A stretch of 64,000 nucleotides of DNA from a bacterium (GTDB taxonomy: Bacteria > Patescibacteriota > Dojkabacteria > JAKAPS01 > JAJZLI01): positions 33,017-97,016 of the forward strand of contig JAKAWT010000002.1 in assembly GCA_021816845.1 (NCBI GenBank). Reading direction: 5' to 3'. Position numbers and translations under genes: made by a program. Under the pieces are notes generated by a model, which was given only the letters and a program-made list of their open reading frames with translations, did not search any database and was not told the origin of the DNA. Below are positions 50,121-60,529 of the stretch, one piece after another; position 1 is the stretch's first letter; every line of letters starts with the position of its first letter.

Positions 50121-50750
50121 ATGACAGGAGATAATTTCTTATCAAAAGTTTTATTAGTATTCACAGAATCTTTAATAGTAGCAGCTGTCGGTGCTTACTT
50201 TTCTAAGTTTGTGCCATCTGGATTATTTATAATTATTTTCATAGTAGAGATAATCTTAATATTTGTTGTGAATAGGGTTCGTAATAATCCTATTCTGGCT
50301 CCCCTATTTCTATTCCTATTTGCCTTTCTGTCAGGTCTTACTGTTGGTCCTCTAGTCTATACCTTCATCAACGCTGGTGCAGCATCAATAGTTATCCAAG
50401 CATTCGTAATAACGTCACTAATTTTTGTTCTTCTTACAGCTTCAGTATTTGTATTTAAGATTAATATAGTTGGTTCAAAAAAAATCACTGGTTTTTTGTT
50501 TGTTGCTTTAATAGGTATTATTATTGCAAGTGTGGTGAATATTTTTTTACATAACCCTCTATTTCAATTCTATATATCTACTGCAGTGGTATTGATATTC
50601 TCAGGTTATATAATTTATGATATATCTAATATAGTAAATAATCCTAAAATGACAAATGAGTATGTCGCGGCTCTAAATTTATATTTAGACTTTGTTAATA
50701 TATTCATAGCTTTATTGGAGATATTAGGGTTTCTCGAGAATAAAGGATAA
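50121..50750 (+). CDS. Bax inhibitor-1/YccA family membrane protein (start placed at MTGDNF)
   Basis: Seven hydrophobic segments and a BI-1-like C-terminus. TATAAT at 50109-50114 lies 6 nt before the ATG at 50121. The ORF-track start (50049) lies inside the promoter region. Confidence 0.65.
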   Translation: MTGDNFLSKVLLVFTESLIVAAVGAYFSKFVPSGLFIIIFIVEIILIFVVNRVRNNPILAPLFLFLFAFLSGLTVGPLVYTFINAGAASIVIQAFVITSLIFVLLTASVFVFKINIVGSKKITGFLFVALIGIIIASVVNIFLHNPLFQFYISTAVVLIFSGYIIYDISNIVNNPKMTNEYVAALNLYLDFVNIFIALLEILGFLENKG

Positions 50751-50752
50751 TT

Positions 50753-51433
50753 TTGGATATTTCTAAACTATTTTTCACAATATCAAATTTAATAACTATT
50801 AATGATATCACATTCATAGTAAATACTGTTGTACTGCCTAATCTTTATGTATTTATCTTTCTATATATAATGTTTGAAGAGATGGGATTCCCTATGATTA
50901 TACCAGGAGAATTTTTTGTATTTTTAACAGGGTATGAAATAGCTCTTGGTAAAGCTGATCCAATAATTTTATTTTGTTTAATACTACTTGCTACTTTTAT
51001 AGGGTCAAGTGTGCTCTATTCGATTTTATCATGGAAAGGTATTAATTTTATAGAGAAATATGGGAGATATATCATGATGCCTAAATCTAAGATCGAAAAA
51101 GTTCAGAATTGGTTTCTACAAAATGGAGTTAGAGCAATTATTTTAGGAAGATGGATTTTCGGTCTCAGGATTATTACGAATATAGTAAGCGGAATTTTTA
51201 GGTATCCATATAAAAAATTTGTATTTTTGACTATGTTTGCAACCTTCTTTTGGATATTATTCTACTTTATTTTGGGAATATTTTTTGGTAAATATTATAC
51301 CTCTATAATATCTTTCTTAAGCCATTTTAATAGCATAGTTATAGAATTAGTTTATCTTACCTTTATAACTTCAATAACCTTTTTATCTCTACATATTACA
51401 AAAAAATTAGGAGAACGTAATAGACCTAATTAA
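50753..51433 (+). CDS. DedA/TVP38 family membrane protein (paralog 3 of 3)
   Basis: FEEMGFPMIIPGEFFVF and ILGRWIFGLRIITNIVSG. Confidence 0.75.
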   Translation: MDISKLFFTISNLITINDITFIVNTVVLPNLYVFIFLYIMFEEMGFPMIIPGEFFVFLTGYEIALGKADPIILFCLILLATFIGSSVLYSILSWKGINFIEKYGRYIMMPKSKIEKVQNWFLQNGVRAIILGRWIFGLRIITNIVSGIFRYPYKKFVFLTMFATFFWILFYFILGIFFGKYYTSIISFLSHFNSIVIELVYLTFITSITFLSLHITKKLGERNRPN

Positions 51434-53660
51434 TACTGTTACAATCACCTGCTGGAATCTGAGTACTTCCTGATGGTATTAAAGTTGATGGGTATGCAGT
51501 TATTTTCATTTTAGAATTCAGTGGAGTTATGTATGCAATAGTTGAATTTGCTGGTATAGCTATGTATGAATAGGATCCTGTAGGTTGATTCTGTATTAAA
51601 CATACCTCCATAGTTTGATTTGCAGAAGCTCCAGTTAATATTTGTAATTCATAATTTGCTGTTGTTATATTAGGTGAAGATGGCGTTATTAGACTATTTA
51701 TATTTATTAAAAGATCAGGGAAAGATGAATGTGTACTTGAAGATGCTGTAGTTGTAACCTGTGCGTTTATAGAAGTATACTCTACTAAATCTTGATATCC
51801 TCCAAATGAAAAAAGGTCTGAAGCTCCTGATCCAGTATATACTGAATAACCCATTGCTGATGTTGGGGCAAGCATTGTGGTTGTAGGTTGCCAAGAAGAT
51901 AAATTACTAAGCGTTGAATAGTATGTACTATTTGATACCTGTCCATTTAATATCCCTCCAAAAGAATACAGATAATTGGTACCTGCATCTGCTGGATCTG
52001 GAAGTATACCTATACCTTCATTGTAAATACCACCTGGGAATGTTGATTGTTGTACCATCTGTATTTGTGATGGTAGTACAGTCCCCTGATATGTTGTATT
52101 AGAGCTAGGGAATGAAAATCCTATATAACTAATTTGTCCTGTTTGGGGATTTGTTACCATTATTTGCATATTATCTCCTTGGTTCCACACCCAACTACCA
52201 TAATCACCTCCATAATTAGCATAAGGATGATTAATAATGATTTGACTGTTATTCCATGATTGGTAATCTACTGTTACAACATTTACATATTGTCCACCTT
52301 CCCAACCCGCCATCCAACCACGTGTTTGATCAAAAAGAGAGAAATATGGGGAATCCCCTATTCTTGGAGATAGGTATCCTAGATTACAACCATTAATAAT
52401 ATATTCTGTATTCCCAGCACTACCACCACTTCCACTTGATACTACATCTAGTGATGTTATAGAGGTATTTGTACTACTGGTACAATTAGGCTGTGCAACT
52501 AGGTTGTATACATATATGGAATTACTTCCACCTCCTCCATTATTTCCTCCTACAATGTAAGCATATCCATTTGAGACGGATACTGTTATACCTGATCCAT
52601 ATAAGGATTGTGGGATTGTTCCTACTTGTGTCCAGCTAGATAATCCTCCGCCTGGTTCTATATTTGCTTCATATATTGTATTCAATGGACTCCCTTGTGA
52701 ATTTCTACCTCCAAACAGGAAAATATTATTTTGGTATTCCACTGCTGATGCGTGGTATACATTTTGTGGTAAAGATGATGTCTGACTCCATGAAGCTATA
52801 TTAGATAGTGGTGCAACATAAACATTGGTTGTAGGGCTAGAATAATAGTATGTGTATGATTCCCACTGACAGGTATATTCCCACCAATATCCATTGACGA
52901 GGTTAGTATGGACATAAACTAATTTCCATCCACAAACATATCTGCCAGAGACTGTATATGAACTATTTACTCCTCCGATGCTATAAATATATGAACCGTT
53001 CGTGACTACAGAATTATCATATACTGCACTTGGTAAGTTTGAGACATTGCTCCAGTTGGTAGTCCCAGTTTGAGACATAGTTGTTTCATATACAGAGCTT
53101 AATGCTGTGCTTCCATTTAGTCCTCCAATCATGTATTCATTTGATCCATAGCTTGTATTCCCTGCATTTGATACATCTTGTGGAAGTGATTGTGTCCCTT
53201 GAGATGTCCAATGATTTAGAGTGCCGTTATATGTAGTAGTTGTTGTTGTATGAGATGTTGATGTAATACTTCCTTGAAGATTTATTGCCATAGATTGTCC
53301 TTGGTTCACCGTTCCTAAAGCTTCATTTTGTGGAACTATATTATATGTACATGTAGGTTTTGGAGGTGTGGCCTTTATATTTCCAGTAGTACAATTGGTA
53401 GGTACTGTTGGTGTAGGCAGAGGTTGAGGAATAGGGTTTGTAGTACTTGTAAATTCATTACTCCCTATATATGATAGCCCATTTTGAATACCAGATTGTG
53501 CTGCCGAAAACGCTATTTGTCCAGAGTAAGTTAATGAATTTTGAGAAGTATTTAGTATTACTTTAGATGTCAGTGAAAGCATCATGATCAATAGGACTAT
53601 AGCAATAAGCATAACTATTATAAGGGTCTGTCCTTTTGAATCAATTTTACCTATATTCAC
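51426..53660 (-). CDS. Large surface protein: pilin-like N-terminal anchor plus Kelch-type beta-propeller repeats
   Basis: N-terminus KIDSKGQTLIIVMLIAIVLLIMMLSLTS. Kelch-like repeats: YIYSIGG, NNIFLFGGRNSQGSPLN, GYAYIVGGNNGGGG, YLYSFGG, LFSFGGY. 744 aa. Confidence 0.5.
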   Translation of the reverse strand: MNIGKIDSKGQTLIIVMLIAIVLLIMMLSLTSKVILNTSQNSLTYSGQIAFSAAQSGIQNGLSYIGSNEFTSTTNPIPQPLPTPTVPTNCTTGNIKATPPKPTCTYNIVPQNEALGTVNQGQSMAINLQGSITSTSHTTTTTTYNGTLNHWTSQGTQSLPQDVSNAGNTSYGSNEYMIGGLNGSTALSSVYETTMSQTGTTNWSNVSNLPSAVYDNSVVTNGSYIYSIGGVNSSYTVSGRYVCGWKLVYVHTNLVNGYWWEYTCQWESYTYYYSSPTTNVYVAPLSNIASWSQTSSLPQNVYHASAVEYQNNIFLFGGRNSQGSPLNTIYEANIEPGGGLSSWTQVGTIPQSLYGSGITVSVSNGYAYIVGGNNGGGGSNSIYVYNLVAQPNCTSSTNTSITSLDVVSSGSGGSAGNTEYIINGCNLGYLSPRIGDSPYFSLFDQTRGWMAGWEGGQYVNVVTVDYQSWNNSQIIINHPYANYGGDYGSWVWNQGDNMQIMVTNPQTGQISYIGFSFPSSNTTYQGTVLPSQIQMVQQSTFPGGIYNEGIGILPDPADAGTNYLYSFGGILNGQVSNSTYYSTLSNLSSWQPTTTMLAPTSAMGYSVYTGSGASDLFSFGGYQDLVEYTSINAQVTTTASSSTHSSFPDLLININSLITPSSPNITTANYELQILTGASANQTMEVCLIQNQPTGSYSYIAIPANSTIAYITPLNSKMKITAYPSTLIPSGSTQIPAGDCNSIN

Positions 53661-53741
53661 AATTATAATATAATATATACCAAAAAAGTATGCAATACTA
53701 TATTGTGATAGTATGTTAGGTGTTATTTATGGTCTTTTAAT

Positions 53742-54416
53742 ATGAAACATTTTAAAATGAAAATACTACTTAGAATTCTCTTATTAATTGTATTTATAGG
53801 ACTCGCTATATTTATATATACTTATTCTAAAATCAAATATGTAAATATTAGTGGAAGCATATATTCAAGCAATCTATCTTCTTTGAATAATCAAATAAAA
53901 TCTACTATAAAAGGTCAAAATATTTTTTTTACTTCTAATAAAACTTTTTATAATGATATACAGAAAGTATATCCTTTCTTTAGTTTTAATGATCTTAGAA
54001 TAGAAAAAAAATATCCAAATCAGGTATCAATATATATAAAAAGTTACAGAGTATTATTTTCATATAGTTTTAGAAATAATATATTTTTTGTATCTAATAA
54101 TGGTGATACTGTTAAGGCTTATAAAGACAATAATATAGTTAACATAGTATCTTATATAAAACCCAAACACACACAAATTTTAGATATGGTGAAACTAGTT
54201 ACTGATGTTAACAATGAATATCTATTATCTGTCTCATCATATAACTTATATAGTTCATATGTACAACTTAATATGGGATCAAAAACAGCAATTTTAACAT
54301 TTGAAAGATCTATAAAATCCCAAGTATTGGAACTAAATGATGTTCTTCAGACAGTAAATATGGCAGGATGTAAAGTAATCAATGTTGAATTTAGCAGGGT
54401 GTTCTGTGGGGCTTAG
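53742..54416 (+). CDS. FtsQ/DivIB-like cell division protein (single TM + POTRA-like region)
   Basis: N-terminal TM helix, then about 190 aa. Position immediately upstream of ftsA-ftsZ. Confidence 0.55.
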   Translation: MKHFKMKILLRILLLIVFIGLAIFIYTYSKIKYVNISGSIYSSNLSSLNNQIKSTIKGQNIFFTSNKTFYNDIQKVYPFFSFNDLRIEKKYPNQVSIYIKSYRVLFSYSFRNNIFFVSNNGDTVKAYKDNNIVNIVSYIKPKHTQILDMVKLVTDVNNEYLLSVSSYNLYSSYVQLNMGSKTAILTFERSIKSQVLELNDVLQTVNMAGCKVINVEFSRVFCGA

Positions 54417-54476
54417 ATATTTAAAGTATGAATATTGAAGATAAATGTATTTTAATATATACTATCTATTAATATT

Positions 54477-55781
54477 ATGAAAGGCATTATTACAGGCATA
54501 GATGTAGGATCTTCAAAAATTACAACTGTAATTGTTAATGTTGATGAAGAAAATATATCAGTTATAGGAGTTTCTACCCACCCCTCGGAAGGCTTAAAAA
54601 AGGGAGTCATTATAAATATAGATGCAGCGATAAAAGCTATATCTGAGTCTGTGGAGGCTGCTGAAAGGATGGCTGGAGTGAGAATTCAAAATGCAGCGAT
54701 ATCTCTTGGGTGTAAACATATATCTTCAACTAATAATAAAGGAGTTGTAGCAATATCTAGAGATGAAATATCTGGAGAAGATGTATTACGTGCTTTAGAG
54801 AGTGCAAGGACTGTATCTGTTCCTCAATCAAGAGAAATAATGCATGTGATACCAAGAGAATTTATAGTAGATTCGCAGGGTGGTATTAAGGATCCTATTG
54901 GTATGTCTGGAATTAGATTAGAGGTTGATACACATATTATAACCATTACAAGTATGGTATTACATAACCTGACTAAATGTATAAATCAAGTAGGTCTTTC
55001 TGTTGAAGATATCTTGTTTTCTGGCTGGATTGATGCAGAAGTTATTTTATCATCAACAGAAAGAGAACTTGGAGTGATACTTATTGATATTGGTTTTGGA
55101 GTATCAGATGTTGTCATATATATTGATGATTCAATATCATATTCTTTTTCAGTGCCTATAGGTAGTTCAAATATAACTAATGATATAGCCATAGGATTAC
55201 GTTTATCTATAGATGATGCTGAAAAGGTGAAAGTATCAATACCGACCCTTATAAAAAAAGCTCAACAAAGGCAAGAGCAAGAAGAAAAAGATAAGAAATA
55301 TACTTACCCTAAGAAAGAAACTTCAGATATAAAGGAACAAGATCTTATGTTGAATCTTTCTGATATAGGAATACAGACGGAAAACGGCTATGAAGAGATA
55401 AAAAAAAGTATGTTAGATGATATTATTGATGCTAGGTTAGAAGAAATATTTTCAGCTATTATAGATGATATAACAAAGTCAGGCTTTGATTACAAAATGC
55501 CTGCAGGAGTTGTATTGACTGGGGGTGGTTCTAAGCTAGCTGGGATATCTAAAATAGCACAAAAATACTTTTCTTCAGCAGCAAGAGTGGGATATGCATC
55601 TAACCTGAAAGGTCTTACAGAAGAAATATCTGGTCCAGCCTATACTACGGTTTATGGGTTAATTAATTCTGTTATTAAAAATAGTAATGATGGAAGTAGA
55701 AACAATAATTCTTTAGGTAAGAATGGTAGTGGGTTTAATGCATCAAAGATTATAGATCTTATAAAATCTATAATGCCTTGA
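54477..55781 (+). CDS. ftsA: Cell division protein FtsA
   Basis: GIDVGSSKITTVIV and LTGGGSKLAGISKIAQKYF (actin-like ATPase). Confidence 0.9.
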   Translation: MKGIITGIDVGSSKITTVIVNVDEENISVIGVSTHPSEGLKKGVIINIDAAIKAISESVEAAERMAGVRIQNAAISLGCKHISSTNNKGVVAISRDEISGEDVLRALESARTVSVPQSREIMHVIPREFIVDSQGGIKDPIGMSGIRLEVDTHIITITSMVLHNLTKCINQVGLSVEDILFSGWIDAEVILSSTERELGVILIDIGFGVSDVVIYIDDSISYSFSVPIGSSNITNDIAIGLRLSIDDAEKVKVSIPTLIKKAQQRQEQEEKDKKYTYPKKETSDIKEQDLMLNLSDIGIQTENGYEEIKKSMLDDIIDARLEEIFSAIIDDITKSGFDYKMPAGVVLTGGGSKLAGISKIAQKYFSSAARVGYASNLKGLTEEISGPAYTTVYGLINSVIKNSNDGSRNNNSLGKNGSGFNASKIIDLIKSIMP

Positions 55782-55837
55782 TATTTCCTATATAATATGG
55801 AATAATTGTCAAAGTATAATCTTAATAATAATTTTGT

Positions 55838-56989
55838 ATGTTAGTAAAACCTCAGTCTCTAGATAATAACGCTAAAATAAAAGTAGTTGGTGTTGGTGGA
55901 GGTGGAAATAATGCTTTAAATACAATGATTTCTGTACACAATATAACAGGGGTTGATTTTATATCTGTTAATACTGATTCTCAAGCACTTAAAAATTCTT
56001 TAGCAGAAACAAAAATTCAAATAGGATCAGAACTCACCAAAGGTTTGGGTTCAGGAGGTATAGCATCAATAGGAAAACAAGCCGCTGAAGAGAGTGTAGA
56101 TTTAATTCATGAATCTCTATCTGGTGGTGATATGGTTTTTGTTACTGCAGGTATGGGTGGTGGTACTGGAACTGGGGCTTCTCCTGTAGTTGCTGGTATA
56201 GCAAAAAATCTAGGTGCTCTAACTGTAGGCGTTGTAACAAAACCTTTTACTTTTGAAGGGAAAAGGAGGATTCAAACAGCAATTGAAGGTATTGAGGATC
56301 TAAAAGGTAAAGTTGATACACTGATCGTTGTGCCCAACCAAAGACTCCTTGATATTATTGATAAAAAAATTTCTTTTTTAGAAGCTATGAAAATAGTTGA
56401 TGATGTTTTAGGTCAAGGTGTAAGAAGTATATCTGATCTTATAACTAAATCAGGGATGATTAACGTTGACTTTGCTGATGTTAAGGCTATTATGTCTGAG
56501 GCTGGTACAGCGTTAATGGGTATGGGTATTGCTACTGGTGACAATAGAGCTAAGGATGCAGCAAAACAAGCTATCAATAGTCCCCTATTAGAGTTATCCA
56601 TTAATGGAGCAACAGGTATCTTATTTAATATAACTTCTGGACCTGATTTATCAATGGTTGAAGTTGATGAAGCTGCAAATTTAATATCTGAAGCTGCAGA
56701 TACAAATGCAAATATCATATTTGGAGCGACAATAGACGATAGTATACAAGATGCTTCAATAAGGATTAATGTCCTTGCTACTGGTTTTGAAGAAAAAACC
56801 CAGGATAAGATAATAAGAGATAAGGGCTTTAATAGGCCTACAATTACACAAGAAGCACCAAAAAAGGATACCTATATTCCCGATTATGACACCAAAGATA
56901 TTAAAGAGGATGTTATAGTAACTAATAATGAGGATGAAGAGGATGATGAATACGAGACACCTGCTTTTTTAAGAAGAATTAAGAAATAA
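55838..56989 (+). CDS. ftsZ: Cell division protein FtsZ
   Basis: [18 protein letters not shown] and tubulin signature [17 protein letters not shown]. Confidence 0.95.
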   Translation: MLVKPQSLDNNAKIKVVGVGGGGNNALNTMISVHNITGVDFISVNTDSQALKNSLAETKIQIGSELTKGLGSGGIASIGKQAAEESVDLIHESLSGGDMVFVTAGMGGGTGTGASPVVAGIAKNLGALTVGVVTKPFTFEGKRRIQTAIEGIEDLKGKVDTLIVVPNQRLLDIIDKKISFLEAMKIVDDVLGQGVRSISDLITKSGMINVDFADVKAIMSEAGTALMGMGIATGDNRAKDAAKQAINSPLLELSINGATGILFNITSGPDLSMVEVDEAANLISEAADTNANIIFGATIDDSIQDASIRINVLATGFEEKTQDKIIRDKGFNRPTITQEAPKKDTYIPDYDTKDIKEDVIVTNNEDEEDDEYETPAFLRRIKK

Positions 56990-56993
56990 TTTA

Positions 56994-58001
56994 ATGAATT
57001 TAGACTTAGATTTGAACTTAAGTTTATTCAAATACTCTGTAGATATTATTACACTAAGCTCTCTTTTGAACTCTCTTGAAATTCCAAAAAAAATTACAGA
57101 TGATCTAACGATCAAAGATTTTGATCAGTTTGCAAATTTATTAAATTTAGATGTATCTAATACTAATATACGTGATTTTGCTCTAGGATATCACAGGATT
57201 GATACTGGTTTTGCTAATACAATGCTTAGTTCTTATAGAAGTATCAATGAACTTGTTAGATCTTTGTATCAGGATAAAGGGAATGTATTTACAGTATCTA
57301 CAATATTAAGGATGAATAAAGTCTTAACTGATAAAACATTTGAAGTATGGGAGAGTGGTAAATTTAGGACTATTGAATTTCCTTATCAAGGAGAATACGA
57401 TTTCATAAGGGGAGAAGATTTATCATATGATACAATCTCAACTGACATAAATATGTTAGTCGATTTTTATCAAGATTCACAATATCCTAATATATTGAAA
57501 ATACCTATAATTGGATACAACCTTTTAAAACTAAAGCCATTTTCTGTATTAAATGATTTCACTATACTTTTTATAATGAAATCTTTGATGATAGAGATTG
57601 AGATATTTAATGATTTATCTCTAGTAAAAATATTTTCAGAAAATCTTGAAAATATGCAAATTTCGAACCAATCTTTAGATACATGGGTTGGAAACTTTTT
57701 TAAATACATATACATTGAATTATTAGAGATTTATGATTTTATAAATAAATATATTTCATTAGAAAAACGAAGATTAAATTCAGATAAAATTGTATCAATA
57801 CTGTCGGATAGACAAAAGAAAGCATTTTTGTTTTTTGTAGATCATAGGACTCTTACAAGACAGGAGTATTCGAGGATGTTTAAAATATCTCCTATGACAG
57901 CATTTAGAGATTTAGATATGATGAAGGAGTTAGGAATACTAACTGTTTTTGGTAAAGGTAGAGGTACTAAATATACTATAATGGAGAAATATTTATTATA
58001 G
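56994..58001 (+). CDS. Fic-family-like protein with degenerate active-site motif and C-terminal winged-HTH
   Basis: The C-terminus LSDRQKKAFLFFVDHRTLTRQEYSRMFKISPMTAFRDLDMMKELGILTVFGKGRGTKYTI matches the Fic C-terminal wHTH pattern. The core-motif position reads LKLKPFSVLNDFT instead of HPFx(D/E)GNGR. Confidence 0.4.
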   Translation: MNLDLDLNLSLFKYSVDIITLSSLLNSLEIPKKITDDLTIKDFDQFANLLNLDVSNTNIRDFALGYHRIDTGFANTMLSSYRSINELVRSLYQDKGNVFTVSTILRMNKVLTDKTFEVWESGKFRTIEFPYQGEYDFIRGEDLSYDTISTDINMLVDFYQDSQYPNILKIPIIGYNLLKLKPFSVLNDFTILFIMKSLMIEIEIFNDLSLVKIFSENLENMQISNQSLDTWVGNFFKYIYIELLEIYDFINKYISLEKRRLNSDKIVSILSDRQKKAFLFFVDHRTLTRQEYSRMFKISPMTAFRDLDMMKELGILTVFGKGRGTKYTIMEKYLL

Positions 58002-58730
58002 ATAAGATTTTATAATATTTGCAAAATAGCTGTATGAATATGCACCTAAAATTAATTGTCCTTGTACTTTGTTGTTCTTAAGTCTACCTATCACGATTGT
58101 TGGAGTTCCCTGTATATTGATCCTATTACCACTGGCTATATCCTTTTGTATATCCAGTTCATAAGTTTTATTAGTTACACAGGATGCATATTTATTCATA
58201 TTAAGTCCCATAGTTCTGGCGTAACCTGAAACAATAGAAGGGGTATTACTATTTTGTGCTGTTGTATACATTTTATTATAATATTGCCAGAACTTACCTT
58301 GTGCTGCAAAGCATCTTCCTTCTATGGCCATTTCAGAAGATAATGGATGTATATTAGTTAATGGGTAATCTCTGAAAGCGAATACGGCTTGACCAGTTTT
58401 AACAAAATTTGTATATATAGAATTTCCTGCTCCATTTGCAAATTGTTTACAGAAAGGACATTGGAAATCACCATATTCTACTATTCCAACTTTTGCAGTC
58501 TTTAAATTGCCTTCAACTGGATAAGAACCAAGTGATACAGTTACATCTTTGTTATTTGTAGGTGGAGTAGCAATATTGGACGTTTTTGTTGATGTATTAG
58601 AATTGTTGTTTCTTGACGCTGTATTGCTAGATAATACTATAGCTGCAGCTATAATGATTCCTGCAATAACTATTGAAATTGGTAATACCATTGGGTTGGT
58701 GTGCTTAGTATTTAGATTATCCTGATTCAT
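57996..58730 (-). CDS. DsbA-family thiol-disulfide oxidoreductase, membrane-anchored
   Basis: CxxC active site FQCPFCKQF. N-terminal TM helix. 244 aa. Confidence 0.8.
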   Translation of the reverse strand: MNQDNLNTKHTNPMVLPISIVIAGIIIAAAIVLSSNTASRNNNSNTSTKTSNIATPPTNNKDVTVSLGSYPVEGNLKTAKVGIVEYGDFQCPFCKQFANGAGNSIYTNFVKTGQAVFAFRDYPLTNIHPLSSEMAIEGRCFAAQGKFWQYYNKMYTTAQNSNTPSIVSGYARTMGLNMNKYASCVTNKTYELDIQKDIASGNRINIQGTPTIVIGRLKNNKVQGQLILGAYSYSYFANIIKSYL

Positions 58731-58835
58731 ATCTACACATTATAACATACATTTTATACTTGAATCCATATTTCTATGTTTAAGAATCAGTATTGGAAAT
58801 ATTATATCTTTAGTGTTTAACCTTGTTAATATTGC

Positions 58836-59141
58836 TTGTTTATTGATATAATAATTTGTATGATAACAAAAAAAGATATACTCCATATAGCAAAACTATG
58901 TAATATCAAAATAGAAGAAAGTGAAATTTCAAAATTCCAAAATCAATTGGCTCAAATTATAGATTATATAAATATATTAAACGAGGTTGATACAGAGGAT
59001 ATAGATTCATTTTTTGAAGTTAATGATTTAGCTACTGTTTTACGTGAAGATACGACTGATATTTCTTTAGATTTTGATGATATCAAGATAAATGCTATTA
59101 ATACAGATAAAACTCAAATAAAGGTTAACAAAGTATTATGA
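58836..59141 (+). CDS. gatC: Glu/Asp-tRNA amidotransferase subunit C
   Basis: About 100 aa. KKDILHIAKLCNIKIEESEI...; immediately precedes gatA with an ATGA overlap. Confidence 0.85.
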   Translation: MFIDIIICMITKKDILHIAKLCNIKIEESEISKFQNQLAQIIDYINILNEVDTEDIDSFFEVNDLATVLREDTTDISLDFDDIKINAINTDKTQIKVNKVL

Positions 59142-60529
59142 TTGATAAACTTAAAGAACAGATAGATAATAAAAAAATTAGTGTAGAGGATGTTGCCAAA
59201 GAATATATATCTAAAGCTAAAAAATTGAATCCTGAACTTAATGCTTATATATCTATAACTGAAGATTATGCTCTATCTCACTTGTCTTATAGTCCGCAAA
59301 ATAAGCTTTCTGGAATACCTGGAATCATAAAGGATAATATCAATATAAAAGGGTTGAGAACCACTGCAGGGTCACGTATACTTGAAAATTATATATCCCC
59401 CTACTCTGCTTCTGTAGTTTTAAATTTGTCTGATTTTACATTAGTTGGAAAAGGAAATATGGATGCTTTTGCCTTTGGGTCTTCAACTGAAAATTCAGGA
59501 TATGGGGTTACTCATAACCCATTAGATAAAACAAGGGTGGCCGGTGGTTCTAGTGGTGGTGTTGCAGCAGCAATAGCGTCTGGTTCAGCATTGTTTGGTA
59601 TAGGGACTGATACTGGTGGATCAGTAAGACAGCCCGCATCTTTTTGTGGGGTTGTAGGATTAAAACCAACATATGGATTATGTTCTAGATATGGTCTTAT
59701 TGCAATGGGATCATCTTTTGATACTCCTGGTGTAATAACCAGAAATGTATATGATTCTGCTTATGTTCTAAATGAGATTGCAAAATATGATAAAAAAGAC
59801 TCAACTTCTATGAAGGTTGCAAAACAAGATTATACAAAATTTAGGGATATTAAAGATTTAAGGGTGGGAGTTTTAAATTTTTCAGAAGAAGGTGTTGATT
59901 CTGATGTAATAGATGCATTTTCAAATAGTATTAAAACTATAAAATCATTGGGTTGCAAAGTAAAAACAATTGATCTACCTCATTTAAAGTATTCTTTGGC
60001 TGTATATTATATTCTTGTACCATCAGAAATAAGTGCTAATTTAGCAAGATATGATGGAATTAGATTTGGTAATCATCCAGAAAAAACTGAAGATAATAAT
60101 TTTGAATCATTAAGTGATTTCTATGTAGAGGCTAGATCTAAATTTGAAGATGAAGTTAAAAGAAGAATAATAATAGGTACATATACATTATCTTCTGGTT
60201 ATTATGATGCATATTTTAATAAAGCTTTAAAAGTAAGAAACATAATAAAACAGGAGATTAAAAATGCTTTTCTAGATGTTGATGTAATCATATCACCTAC
60301 AACACCCAGCGTAGCTTTCAAAATAGGAAAGAAAATAGAAAACCCACTTAGTATGTACTTGTCTGATATATTTACAGTATCTTCGAATATTGCAGGTATA
60401 CCAGCTATATCAATACCAAACGGTTATTATAATAAACTACCTACTGGGCTTCAGATTATGGGGAGGTCATTTGGGGAGAGTACAATACTCTCATTAGCTA
60501 ATTTTATAGAGCAAAAGTTATGGAAGTAA
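59138..60529 (+). CDS. gatA: Glu/Asp-tRNA amidotransferase subunit A (amidase)
   Basis: Amidase signature GGSSGGVAAAIASGSALFGIGTDTGGSVRQPASFCG. Confidence 0.93.
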   Translation: MIDKLKEQIDNKKISVEDVAKEYISKAKKLNPELNAYISITEDYALSHLSYSPQNKLSGIPGIIKDNINIKGLRTTAGSRILENYISPYSASVVLNLSDFTLVGKGNMDAFAFGSSTENSGYGVTHNPLDKTRVAGGSSGGVAAAIASGSALFGIGTDTGGSVRQPASFCGVVGLKPTYGLCSRYGLIAMGSSFDTPGVITRNVYDSAYVLNEIAKYDKKDSTSMKVAKQDYTKFRDIKDLRVGVLNFSEEGVDSDVIDAFSNSIKTIKSLGCKVKTIDLPHLKYSLAVYYILVPSEISANLARYDGIRFGNHPEKTEDNNFESLSDFYVEARSKFEDEVKRRIIIGTYTLSSGYYDAYFNKALKVRNIIKQEIKNAFLDVDVIISPTTPSVAFKIGKKIENPLSMYLSDIFTVSSNIAGIPAISIPNGYYNKLPTGLQIMGRSFGESTILSLANFIEQKLWK

